Under the pieces are notes generated by a model. The model ran no database searches and was not told the origin of the DNA. It saw only the letters and a list, made by a program, of their open reading frames with translations. DNA of 64,000 nt from Candidatus Latescibacterota bacterium (GTDB lineage Bacteria; Latescibacterota; UBA2968), in NCBI GenBank assembly GCA_965116885.1, contig OZ220741.1, forward strand, positions 5,184,001-5,248,000, in the 5' to 3' direction. Shown here piece by piece: positions 36,347-46,800 of this stretch. Made by a program: the position numbers and the translations under genes. Numbering within the stretch: the first letter of the stretch is position 1; each line of letters starts with the position of its first letter.

Positions 36347-37588
36347 TCAACTCCACAGCCTATCATTCACCTGTTCCTCATCCCACGCATCTGTCGGTTC
36401 AAAATAGCCCGGCAAATTGGGATTGATGTGCTCTTTAATCGCTTCTTCATTCAAATCAACGCCGAGTCCGGGTGTGTCGGGCACCTGAATATAACCATTT
36501 TGAACAATGGGATTGGGCAGACCCGTAACGAGCGTATTCCACGGTGGATAATCAACGGCGTGGCATTCCAGAACCAGAAAATTATTTGTCGCAGCCGCGC
36601 AATGCACACTCGCCATCGTCGCAACCGGCGTCGCCGCCATATGCAGAGCCATCGCAATACCGTGTTCTTCCGCATAATCCCCAATCCGCTTAGTTTCGAG
36701 AATCCCCCCCGACGTGGCGAGATCCGGATGAATAATAGAAACGGCCTTATTATGGATCAACGGCTTGAAATGTTCCAAAAGATAAATATCTTCACCCGTG
36801 CAAACCGGGGTCGCTGTTGCGTTCTTGAGGCGCGCCCATTGATCGGTCAGTTGCCATGGAATCATATCTTCCAGCCATGCGAGATTAAACCGCTCGAGTG
36901 CGCGCGCAAGGCGAATACACGACTCCACATTGATATGCCCAAAGTGATCCGCAGCCAGAGGAATCTCATACCCCACAATATCGCGCACAACTTCTACATA
37001 CTGAACGAGAACATCAATCCCCTTATCGGTAAACTGAATACCCGTAAAAGGATGCATAACCTGCGAAGTTTCCAGCATGCCCGCGGGGGAAGACACCGTA
37101 CCCGAAATATCTTTGAGCAAACGCACACCAATATCCATCTTCAAAAAAGTAAAACCCTGCTCCATACGCGCCTTCAAGCGATTGCCCATCTCTTCGGGAT
37201 CCGGCGTTGTGTGAGTATCGCAATAAATGCGGATCTGATCGCGAAATTTCCCACCTGCGAGCTGATAACAGGGCACGCCATAAGCCTTACCCGCCAGATC
37301 CATCAAAGCCATCTCCACGCCGCACACACCGCCCCCCTGCCGCGCATGCCACCCGAACTGTTTAATCTTGCGAAACAGCTTATCCACATTGCAGGGATTT
37401 TCACCCAAAAGCTGACGCTTCAGTTGCAAAGCGTAAATATGACTGGCCCCATCTCGCACCTCTCCCAAACCATAAATACCCTGATTGGTATCCAGGCGAA
37501 TGAGCGTAGAGCGCATAGGCACACCGGAAATATTGACAACGCGCATATCGGTAATTCTGAGATCTGATGGGGATGAATGAGTATTCAT
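36347..37588 (-). CDS. Mandelate racemase/muconate lactonizing enzyme family dehydratase
   Basis: GLGEVRD, LKMD, ADHFG, WLED, CTGE. Confidence 0.88.
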   Translation of the reverse strand: MNTHSSPSDLRITDMRVVNISGVPMRSTLIRLDTNQGIYGLGEVRDGASHIYALQLKRQLLGENPCNVDKLFRKIKQFGWHARQGGGVCGVEMALMDLAGKAYGVPCYQLAGGKFRDQIRIYCDTHTTPDPEEMGNRLKARMEQGFTFLKMDIGVRLLKDISGTVSSPAGMLETSQVMHPFTGIQFTDKGIDVLVQYVEVVRDIVGYEIPLAADHFGHINVESCIRLARALERFNLAWLEDMIPWQLTDQWARLKNATATPVCTGEDIYLLEHFKPLIHNKAVSIIHPDLATSGGILETKRIGDYAEEHGIAMALHMAATPVATMASVHCAAATNNFLVLECHAVDYPPWNTLVTGLPNPIVQNGYIQVPDTPGLGVDLNEEAIKEHINPNLPGYFEPTDAWDEEQVNDRLWS

Positions 37589-37612
37589 AAAATTCTCCTG
37601 TGTCTTCTTATA

Positions 37613-38818
37613 TCACGGTCGCATAGGCGATCCATCCGGTGCCCGCGTTTGCGTCCACTGAATAATCTCATCTTCGGGCGGGTATTTTGCAGCGAGAACT
37701 TCGTCAATATCAATGCCCAGACCGGGATTATCGTTCGGATACATATAGCCCTCGCGCACCTCGGGCAAACCGGGAAAAATATCATAGACGAGATCGTTGA
37801 AACGACACCACTCCTGAATGCCGAAATTGGGCGCCCACAGATCCAGATGTAAATTTGCCGCGTGACCAACAGGTGATGTATCGCCAGGTCCATGCCACGC
37901 CGTTCGCACATTGTACATATTGGCATAAGCAGCGACATTGCGCGCCGGGGTAATCCCCCCCATCTGGCTGACGTGCATGCGAATAAAATCAATGAGCCGA
38001 TCTTGAATAAGAGGCATCCACTCGTGCGGATGATTAAAAAGCTCACCCATCGCCAGGGGTGTGGCACACTGCGCGCGCATGTGGTGAAAATACGCATTGT
38101 CTTCCGGCGCGAGCGCGTCTTCCAAAAAGAAAAGTTTAAAAGACTCTACATCTTTGGCGAACTGGATCGCATCAACCGGACGCAAACGCTCGTGAATATC
38201 GTGCAAAAGCTCAATCTCAGGCCCGATCTCCGCACGCACATGCTCAATCATATCGCACATGCGGCGGCAATATTCTCGCGGGTGATAATAAGCACCATCG
38301 GGCGCACCATCGGGTTTTTGAATCGTATCTGACTGACCGCCGTACCCACCCATCTGCACGCGGATGTGGCGATAGCCCTGTGCCATATAATGACGCACGC
38401 TATCCACCACTTCGTATTTGTCGCGGCCACTGGCATGAGCATACGTATCTGCTGCCTCTCGACACTTCCCACCCAGAAGTTGATACACGGGCATACCCGC
38501 GCGTTTGCCCTTAATATCCCACAACGCCTGATCCACCCCCGATATGGCATTATTGAGCACAGGGCCGTTGCGCCAGTACCCATTGACCATGCTCATCTGC
38601 CAAATTTCCTCAATGCGATCTACGTCGCGTCCAATAACAAAAGGCTTGAGATGCTTTTCAATAGCCGTACGCACCGCGTGAAATCGCTGCGTAAATGTCG
38701 CGCATCCCAACCCGTAAAGACCGGGTTCTGACGTAATGATTTTGACAATAACGAGCCGCGAACCCGCAGGCTGCGTCACAATGGTTTTGACATCTTGAAT
38801 GGTTACAATTTCTGGCAT
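37613..38818 (-). CDS. rspA: D-mannonate dehydratase-like (ManD/RspA subgroup)
   Basis: GYWRNGPV, HIRVQ, LHDIHERL, FLED, MGE, WHGPGD. Confidence 0.75.
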   Translation of the reverse strand: MPEIVTIQDVKTIVTQPAGSRLVIVKIITSEPGLYGLGCATFTQRFHAVRTAIEKHLKPFVIGRDVDRIEEIWQMSMVNGYWRNGPVLNNAISGVDQALWDIKGKRAGMPVYQLLGGKCREAADTYAHASGRDKYEVVDSVRHYMAQGYRHIRVQMGGYGGQSDTIQKPDGAPDGAYYHPREYCRRMCDMIEHVRAEIGPEIELLHDIHERLRPVDAIQFAKDVESFKLFFLEDALAPEDNAYFHHMRAQCATPLAMGELFNHPHEWMPLIQDRLIDFIRMHVSQMGGITPARNVAAYANMYNVRTAWHGPGDTSPVGHAANLHLDLWAPNFGIQEWCRFNDLVYDIFPGLPEVREGYMYPNDNPGLGIDIDEVLAAKYPPEDEIIQWTQTRAPDGSPMRP

Positions 38819-38833
38819 ATCTACTCCAATCTT

Positions 38834-39874
38834 TCACAGTCCTTCGGGCAACGCGAGATCAAAGCGCCGCGCGGCTTTGCGGAGTTTTTCCGCTGTACCC
38901 ATCGGAATGGGAATACCTTCGGCAGAGCGTTCGGCAAGGGTGCGATTTTCGGGTTCCCCGGGCATGAGAATATCGTCAAAGCCATCTGCTCTCGGCAGTG
39001 CTTTGAGTTCATCAATCAGATTATCGACGTGGTCTTTATAATCATCCAAATCAACAAAAAAGGAAATATCAATCGCAGCGACAATGCCGTTTTGCTTTTT
39101 CAAACTCTCGCCCCCGCGCAATACGGGAACGAGCAGAGGATTATCGACCATCAAACTGGACAAACACTGAAAAATAAGGGCAAGACCCGATCCCTTAGGA
39201 CCACCTGCCGGACGCAGGATAACCCCCTTACGCGCATCCGTCGTCGGATTGCCCGCGGCATCGAGTGCCCAGTCTTCGCCCAGCGGCACGCCCTTATCCT
39301 GCGCGAGCTGAAGTTTGCCCCCCGCTGCCACACTCGTCGCCATATCGAGACTGATGGGATCGCGTTTATTCGCCGGAACTGCAACGGCTATCGGACTATT
39401 GTGTACGCCCGCTACCTTCGCGCCAAAAGGAGCCATATTGGGCGGACTACAAACAATGGCAATACCCGCAAATCCCTCCTGTGCCGCCATCAAAGAATAA
39501 TAAGCCATTGCGCCCTGATGCGTGACATCGCTGAGCAACACCCATCCGATCCCCACATTTTTTGCCTTCTCAATGGCTTTTTTCATCGCAGGAACAGTCG
39601 CCACAGGTCCAAGAGCGCGGTCACAGGCGATATGGGCAACCGCTGGTGACTCTTTCACGACGCGAATATTGGGCCGAGGATTCATCGCGCCTGTCTCAAT
39701 ATTGTTGAGATACGAAATAATGCGCAAAACCCCGTGCGAGTCAACCCCGCGCAGATTCGCCCAAATAAGCACTTCTGCTTCTATGGCGGCGTCTTCGGGC
39801 GGCATACCTGCGTTTTCAAAAACCGATTGGATAAACGGTTCAAGGTGTTCTGCGCGAATGCGAATGTCCGACAT
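38834..39874 (-). CDS. Ldh_2 family (malate/L-lactate/ureidoglycolate dehydrogenase-like) oxidoreductase
   Basis: RGVDSHG, LDMATS, GPKGSGL, PGEPE. Confidence 0.9.
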   Translation of the reverse strand: MSDIRIRAEHLEPFIQSVFENAGMPPEDAAIEAEVLIWANLRGVDSHGVLRIISYLNNIETGAMNPRPNIRVVKESPAVAHIACDRALGPVATVPAMKKAIEKAKNVGIGWVLLSDVTHQGAMAYYSLMAAQEGFAGIAIVCSPPNMAPFGAKVAGVHNSPIAVAVPANKRDPISLDMATSVAAGGKLQLAQDKGVPLGEDWALDAAGNPTTDARKGVILRPAGGPKGSGLALIFQCLSSLMVDNPLLVPVLRGGESLKKQNGIVAAIDISFFVDLDDYKDHVDNLIDELKALPRADGFDDILMPGEPENRTLAERSAEGIPIPMGTAEKLRKAARRFDLALPEGL

Positions 39875-39905
39875 GGCAATCCTTTCTAATAGGCTTCAAG
39901 AGACC

Positions 39906-39970
39906 TTGACTTTGAAAATTTTTTCCGCTATGCTGTCTGACAAATTAGTTTCGCGTTTTTGAAGCGTCAA
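39906..39970. promoter_or_regulatory. Two closely opposed sigma70-type promoters for the divergent operons
   Basis: Plus TTGACT-17-TATGCT (39906-39934); minus TTGACG-17-TAATTT (39970-39942). Confidence 0.45.
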
Positions 39971-40022
39971 GATAATAAATGCCAATGGTAAAAAAGAAAA
40001 ACAACTTCTGGAGGGCCTACTT

Positions 40023-41582
40023 ATGAAACAGAGCTTTGAATATTATCGGACATTGCGAAAAGAGATGGATGCGTGGTTAGATCAGAGCCGTCGCATGGAC
40101 CCGCCGAGCAGGCATGGCGGAGGCGAAGACGAAGCGAACTATTCGCTGGCCTGGTTCCCCCACTATCTCATCACCGGAAATGACGGGGTGCGAGAGCACT
40201 TTGAACACCTGCGCGATATGCTCGCCGGATGGGTGGAACGGGACTGCCTGCACGGTTATGAACCCGAAGCCGAAGCCCATCACGGAACCGAACCGTTTCT
40301 GCTCTTTTTGCCGCGTTACCTCGGATTATTTCCAGAAGATGAAAAAGCAAACGCACTACTACAAGACGCTGCCGAACACATCGGCAACTGGGTCGAGGGC
40401 ATCCCAGAATGGTTTGACTGGGAGCGCAACCGGTTTTACGGATATTATATCGGCACGCGCACAGTCGGGCGAGACGACGGCTACGACGCCGAAATTGCCG
40501 AGCACTTCCGCTTTGTCCACATTGCCCTTGCCGCACACAGAATGACGGGGCAAGACCGGTACCTGGACTGGGCTTTGCAATACGGCAAGCGCCGGGCAGA
40601 AATGATTGTCGCCATACCAGATGGTCCCTTGCCCATTGCCTGGGATGCAAATGGACAACCGAGATTTGGCAGGCAGGCAACTGGACAACAAAAAAAGGCG
40701 GCGCAAGCCGGGCATCACGTCCCTGGCGACCCGCTCATCGGAGTCGAAGTCCTGCTGGCTTCCGGCGTCATATACGCCCTGGGAGATCTGTTCGAAGCAT
40801 CTGGAGACGCTGTATTTCACCAGGCGGCGCGGCGAATTGCAGAACCCATGGTCAGCGAATTGCTGGACCCGTATTCGGACCCCGGCGCAGCGGCGATCTC
40901 CTATTTTCGACGACAATTCTCCGATCCCTCCCTGGATGATGCAATCCAAGCGCAAATCGCGCGTTTTCCCGACCTACAAGAAGGCGAATTGGCAATGGTC
41001 TTCCCACAGGATCGCCGGCGCGATTGGCCCGGCGTGGGCAAGCGCGCCGACATGACGTATTGGGGAATATGGAATCGCGATGGCTCCGTAACGCCCACAA
41101 CAGAACCGAGCACAGCGGCACTAACGCTGGCCTATCAGGTGACGGGTGATGAACACTATGCCGAACGCGCATTAAAACAGGCGGCAGACAAGCTGACGAT
41201 GGTACGTCGGGTGCTGCGCGGTGGTAGAGAACACGCCGATATGGGTGGCGCAGTCTGTTCGACAGCGGCTGGACACGGACGCAACTGGGGCATTGGACCC
41301 GTAACCGGATGTTACGGCCCATTGCTTTTGGGCACGCGAGAAGTAAAAAGCAAAGTGACGCCAACAGTCGAAGTAAAACACGCCAATGGCGAGCGTGGCG
41401 TTCCCAATCAAATCCTTCCACTCGTGATCCATTCCGGAACAGATGTGGATGGCGTGATGTTTTACAATGGCGGCGACTCAGACATCTCATTTTCGTGGCG
41501 ATTTGAGAACAACGGATGGCAGGTCCTCACCGTGGAAGCCGACGCAGTTGTCAATGTGGAACTGACAGGGGTCCTGGCATGA
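40023..41582 (+). CDS. Hypothetical protein, possibly alpha/alpha-barrel sugar-modifying enzyme
   Basis: 519 aa, RBS GGAGG; repeated helical YxxTGDxxY-like motifs; coupled to aldo/keto reductase. Confidence 0.7.
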   Translation: MKQSFEYYRTLRKEMDAWLDQSRRMDPPSRHGGGEDEANYSLAWFPHYLITGNDGVREHFEHLRDMLAGWVERDCLHGYEPEAEAHHGTEPFLLFLPRYLGLFPEDEKANALLQDAAEHIGNWVEGIPEWFDWERNRFYGYYIGTRTVGRDDGYDAEIAEHFRFVHIALAAHRMTGQDRYLDWALQYGKRRAEMIVAIPDGPLPIAWDANGQPRFGRQATGQQKKAAQAGHHVPGDPLIGVEVLLASGVIYALGDLFEASGDAVFHQAARRIAEPMVSELLDPYSDPGAAAISYFRRQFSDPSLDDAIQAQIARFPDLQEGELAMVFPQDRRRDWPGVGKRADMTYWGIWNRDGSVTPTTEPSTAALTLAYQVTGDEHYAERALKQAADKLTMVRRVLRGGREHADMGGAVCSTAAGHGRNWGIGPVTGCYGPLLLGTREVKSKVTPTVEVKHANGERGVPNQILPLVIHSGTDVDGVMFYNGGDSDISFSWRFENNGWQVLTVEADAVVNVELTGVLA

Positions 41583-42556
41583 AATATCGCACCCTGGGAG
41601 AGACCGGCCTCAAAGTATCGGAAATTGGATTGGGTGCCTTTCCCATCTCTGGAAAACAACAGCGAGCAGATGGAAGCATTGAAGTCTGGTCGGGCACAAG
41701 CGATACGGAATCCATCGCGCTGATCCATCGCTGTGAAGAACTCGGGGTAAACTTAATCGATTCTGCGGAGGGCTATGGCGACGGACACAGCGAAGAACTC
41801 GTCGGACAAGCACTACAGGGACGGCGAGATAAATGGATCATTGCGACCAAAGTGCAGCCAAACCGGGACATCGACCAGAACGATGAACAATCGGTACACA
41901 ACCGAATTGTCGAAGCATGCGAAAACAGCTTGAAACGCATGCAAACGGATTTTATCGACATTTATCAACTGCACGCGATCCCACACGAATGGGCCATGCC
42001 CGCCGTCATGAAAACCCTCGAAAAATTGCAACGAGAAGGCAAAATCAGGTGGTACGGTATCTCGACCAACAACCGCGAAGCCATCGATAAACTACGGGCA
42101 TTGGGACCCATCCATATTTTGCAGATCGGATACAATTTGTTGGAACGCAGCGCCGACGCATTATTGCACTGGTCAAAAAAAGAAAAAATAGGCACACTCA
42201 TCCGCGTACCCCTTGCAAAGGGCCAATTGACTGGAAAATACTTTGGACAAAATGCCGAGCAAATACCGCAAAATGATCTGCGATACGAGCGGTTTCAGCG
42301 TCCCGAAGTACAAGAAGGATTAAAAAATTTGCCCGAACTTTTGTTTTTACAAACAGAACAACGAACCATGGCACAGGCAGCTCTGCGATTTGTATTGGAT
42401 CACCCCGGCGTTTCATGCGTCATTGCCGGCGCAAAAAATCGACAACAAGTTGAAGACAACACAGCGACATCAGACATGCCACCGCTCACACATGAAGAAC
42501 TATCTCGCGTTCTTCCCATCGCAGATGCAATTGGCACAGCGGGATGGATTGGGTGA
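41579..42556 (+). CDS. Aldo/keto reductase
   Basis: MKYRTLGETGLKVSEIGLG, DSAEGYG, IATK, IDIYQLH. Confidence 0.93.
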   Translation: MKYRTLGETGLKVSEIGLGAFPISGKQQRADGSIEVWSGTSDTESIALIHRCEELGVNLIDSAEGYGDGHSEELVGQALQGRRDKWIIATKVQPNRDIDQNDEQSVHNRIVEACENSLKRMQTDFIDIYQLHAIPHEWAMPAVMKTLEKLQREGKIRWYGISTNNREAIDKLRALGPIHILQIGYNLLERSADALLHWSKKEKIGTLIRVPLAKGQLTGKYFGQNAEQIPQNDLRYERFQRPEVQEGLKNLPELLFLQTEQRTMAQAALRFVLDHPGVSCVIAGAKNRQQVEDNTATSDMPPLTHEELSRVLPIADAIGTAGWIG

Positions 42557-42571
42557 ATCAGGAGGAACATC

Positions 42572-43711
42572 ATGAAAATCACCGCACTAAAAACATTCAT
42601 TGCGTCCACAACGGGAAATTTTTTCGTCAAAGTCGAAACAGACGAAGGCATTTACGGCCTGGGAGAAGCGGGCGTAATACGTCGCGGAACTGCGATAGCC
42701 GAAGTGATCCGTTCGTTTTCCCCAGACGTTATTGGGCAAGACCCCTTTCGGATCGAACATTTGTGGCAGGTCATGTTTCGCGGCGGATTTTTTCCTGGCG
42801 GCGTGGTACAGTCATCGGCAGTAAGCGCCGTGGATATCGCGCTCTGGGACATAAAAGGCAAAGCCCTGGGCGTACCCGTCTATGAACTACTGGGCGGCAG
42901 AACCCGCGACAAAGTGGCGTGTTATCCGCATGTTGGCGATAAGAACAATATCGACCGCCTGGTCGCAAATTGTGTGCAACGACAGGAGGAAGGCTGGAAA
43001 TTTGCCCGATGGAGCATGAGCGATCCCACAGACCCCAATGTATTTGAACCTTCGCGCGCCGTGCGTTATGGCATCGAACAGGTAAAAGCCGTGCGCGAAG
43101 CCTGTGGCGATGAATTCGAAATCTGCGTAGATGTTCACACGCGACTGGATCCCACCTGGGTCATTGCATATTGCAAAGGCGTGGAACCCTATCGCCCATT
43201 TTTTATCGAAGACCCATTGCGAAGTGAAAGTCCACAGAGCCTGCGCCTCGTGCGACAAAATACACATCTGCCCTTAGCCATCGGCGAACAATTCGATAGC
43301 AAGTGGAAATTCCAGCAAGTAATCGAAGAAGATTTGATGGACTACTGCCGCGTTGACCTCTGCATTGCGGGCGGTTTAACCGAAGCAAAAAAGATCGCAG
43401 GCTGGTGCGAGGCACATTATATTCACCTGGCCCCCCACAATCCGCTGGGACCCGTGTCAACAGCCGCGTGTTTGCACCTGTGTCTCTCGTCTTCTCTCGT
43501 CGGCGTACAGGAATTGCCCAGACCACCCATGACCACCTTGACAGACGTATTCCCCAAACAAATGCCCTATGCCAACGGCCATCTGCTCGTCCCTGAAGGA
43601 CCGGGATTGGGCGTTGAATTTAACGAAGACGCGATTGCAGATGCATCCCCTCCCGAACCCTCTACAGGATGGGGTTACCGCCGCGAAGACGGATCGTACG
43701 CAAATTGGTAA
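42572..43711 (+). CDS. Galactonate dehydratase-like enolase superfamily enzyme, copy 1
   Basis: DIALWDIKGK, VDVH, IEDP, IGEQ, APHNPLGPV. Confidence 0.88.
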   Translation: MKITALKTFIASTTGNFFVKVETDEGIYGLGEAGVIRRGTAIAEVIRSFSPDVIGQDPFRIEHLWQVMFRGGFFPGGVVQSSAVSAVDIALWDIKGKALGVPVYELLGGRTRDKVACYPHVGDKNNIDRLVANCVQRQEEGWKFARWSMSDPTDPNVFEPSRAVRYGIEQVKAVREACGDEFEICVDVHTRLDPTWVIAYCKGVEPYRPFFIEDPLRSESPQSLRLVRQNTHLPLAIGEQFDSKWKFQQVIEEDLMDYCRVDLCIAGGLTEAKKIAGWCEAHYIHLAPHNPLGPVSTAACLHLCLSSSLVGVQELPRPPMTTLTDVFPKQMPYANGHLLVPEGPGLGVEFNEDAIADASPPEPSTGWGYRREDGSYANW

Positions 43712-43728
43712 AAAGGAGTATTAAAGAT

Positions 43729-43771
43729 AAAGTATCTACGGCGAATGGTATCCGACCCTCAGCATTGGCAA
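43729..43771 (+). pseudogene. 43-bp remnant of the Tsx-like channel gene
   Basis: 42/43 identical to 48826-48868. Confidence 0.75.
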
Positions 43772-43854
43772 CAGCGGCGGGCGGATCGAACGCGAGTATG
43801 GCCTGGGTGTATGCATACCGCCAACGCAGTACTGTGCGAAACTGAGGATATCCA

Positions 43855-46800
43855 ATGAAAACCTGCATTTTTCATTTTGCTATTTTTTTTGGTCTCATTC
43901 TATCGCCGCTGGCTGTCGTCCATGCTTCGTCCTCACCACCCGACAGCGTGCATTTCTGCTTGCCCTTCGATTACGAACAGTGGCGGCGGGATCATCCCCT
44001 TCCCGCCGCCAAGCGGCCAGCGGACCTGAATGTGGGCGAGCCGCGCACGGTGCGGATGATCTACTTCCTGCCGAATGACCGCCCGTATCGTGCGAAGGTG
44101 GTTCAGGATATGAAAGACAGGATCCGCGAGGTTCAGACATTCTATTCCGTATCCATGCAGGCGCGCGAACACGGGGACAGGACCTTCCGCCTTGAGACCG
44201 ATGCCGCGGGAGAACCGACGGTACACCAAGTGGATGGGCAACACGCCGATAGTCACTATCTTGACAATACATTCGAAAAGGTCCTGGACGAGACGGAGCA
44301 GACCTTTGACTTGAAACGGAATATATATCTTGTCGTAATCGACATCAGTACAGATGTCATTGATAGAGCAGCGGGAGGCAAAGCATTTCAGAACGGAAAA
44401 ACCGGCGGATTTGCGCTGGTTACCAGTGACGAAATGGATCCGTGGAATTACCACAATGTTGTCAGCCACGAATTGGGCCACACCTTCGGGTTGCAGCATG
44501 ATTTCCGCGCCCAGGCGTACGTTATGTCGTACGGGAACTTGCCAGAATCACAAATATCTGCGTGCAACGCCGGGTTTCTGGCCGCGCATACCTATTTCAA
44601 CCCGAATATTCCAACTGAAGCGGGATCACTTCCTACCATTGAACTGGTTTCTCCACTAACCTATCCGGAAGACACGGAGAGCGTCGCTGTCCGGCTCGAA
44701 GCCAGCGATTCAGATGGACTTCACCAGGTGATCCTGTTCACAGAAGACCGTGGAACTGAAGTGAAGTCGTGTCGCGGGTTGGCGGGAGAAAGAGAGGCCA
44801 CCGTTACAATTGATTATAACGGCGTAATTCCATCTCAGCACAATTGGGGAATATTTTCGAGTCTTTCCGATCCTCGTGTGCATCCGGTTGCGGTCATGGT
44901 CGCTGATGCGGCAGGGAACACGAACCATACGGAATTCACTCTTTCGGCCATCGAATCCGAATCGACGCTCCCCCGTCCTCAAGCTCTTGAAATAATCTCT
45001 GGAGATAATCAGCGAGGCACACCCGGTTCCGCATTGTCGCAACCCCTGGTTGTCGAAGTGAGGGATCAACACGGTAATCCGTTACCGGATGCAACCGTCG
45101 TCTTTACGGTTACTACAGGAGACGGTAAACTCAGCGGGAGGTTCACGCTGGAGAATGTAACAACCGATGCCAATGGCCGGGCAGAGCTTTTGCTTACCCT
45201 CGGTCCCGGCCTGGGCACAAACGCCGTTAAGGTATCTATAGAAGAACACTCGGAAACGTTTCACGCGGTGAGTCATGGACAATCCGTCACGCCCCCGAGC
45301 ATGGACGGTGCTTCACTTACATGGCAGCTACCCTACGGCGCAGTTGCCCGCCTGGGAACGGGCCGCCTCAGCCAGACCGAAAGAGCGGTTGTCTTTTCAC
45401 CCGACGGTCAACTCCTCGCCGTGGCAAAAAAAACGGGTGTCTGGGTTTACGATATCTCTACGTCCAAGCCGCTGGCACTGTTTCCCGCCGAGAAGGCGAT
45501 CAATTCCCTGGCGTTTTCGTCCGACGGAAAAACCATCGCATTTTCGGAGTTTATCTTCAACTTCCACGGTGGGGAAAACATCAACGTGCAGCTATGGGAC
45601 GTGGCAACCGGCACACAGACTGCCGCCATCGCTCAGGAAGACTGGAGCAAAGCAGTCGCCTTTTCGACAGACGGTACGCTACTGGCTACGGCGAATATAG
45701 ACGAGACCGTCACGCTGTGGAACGTGGCGACGCAGCGCAAGGTCGCTACCCATCAAGGCAAGCTCACCTCTACAGGGGCGGATTACCCCCTCCCTATGTC
45801 GTTTTCCCCAGATGACGCAATACTCGCTTTCGGGTCCAAACATGGAACCGTCAACCTGCTGGACGTATCAACGGGCACGCAGACTGCCAGCCTTGAAGGG
45901 CATACATATCCGGTCACGTCCATTTCCTTTTCCCCAAATGGTGCCACCCTTGCTTCCGGGTCGTGGGATAGAACGGTCAGACTCTGGAACGTGGCGACAC
46001 GTGAGAATATCGCCACCCTGAAAGGGCATACCGACAGGGTCAATTCCGTCACGTTTTTACGCGGCGGCACCACCCTTGCTTCCGGGTCGGACGATGGCAC
46101 GATCAAGCTGTGGGACGTGACGACAAATAGAAATACCACCACCTTCGAAGGACATACCGACGGAATTGGCTCGGTGGCGTTTTCATCTCAATCGAACACG
46201 CTCGTCGCAGGTGTTATCGACGGCTCAATCAAGCTGTGGGACGTAGCGTCGAGGGGCGTTATCAATGACCTCGATAAGGGAGGCTCGTTCACGTCCGTGG
46301 CGTATTCAGGAGACGGGACGATCCTCGCTCTGGGGTCAGATCGAACGATCAGGTTGTGGGACGTGGCAACAGGCACTGAAGTCGCCGTGCTCGAGGGCCA
46401 CACCGAGAAGATCAGTTCTCTGACATTTTTGCGCGATGGCAAAACCCTGGCCTCGGGGTCGCACGGCGAAGTCTATCTTTGGGATGTGGCGGCGCGACTT
46501 AAGATAGATTTCCTGTCAAGACCCGGATGCAGGATCGCGCATCTCACCGCGTCACCCAACGGGAAAACAATCGCTTCGGGAGGGATAAATGAGATCGTCT
46601 TGTGGGACCTGGAGACCGGCGCGCAGACCGCTATTGCTTACCCCACAAAGACCGTATCGTTTTCGCCCGATAGCAAGACACTCGTTTCGACTGGTTTCGA
46701 TAGGCTAATTCAATTTTGGGACGTGGACACACAGGAGAATATCGCCACTCTGGATCCAGATCCGGCTGACCCGACCATGGGTCAGCTTGGTAGTCAGATG

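Noticed and set aside
34204..37567. Long plus-strand ORFs 34204..35430 and 35984..37567
   Set aside because: Antisense shadows of well-supported minus-strand enzymes; no motifs
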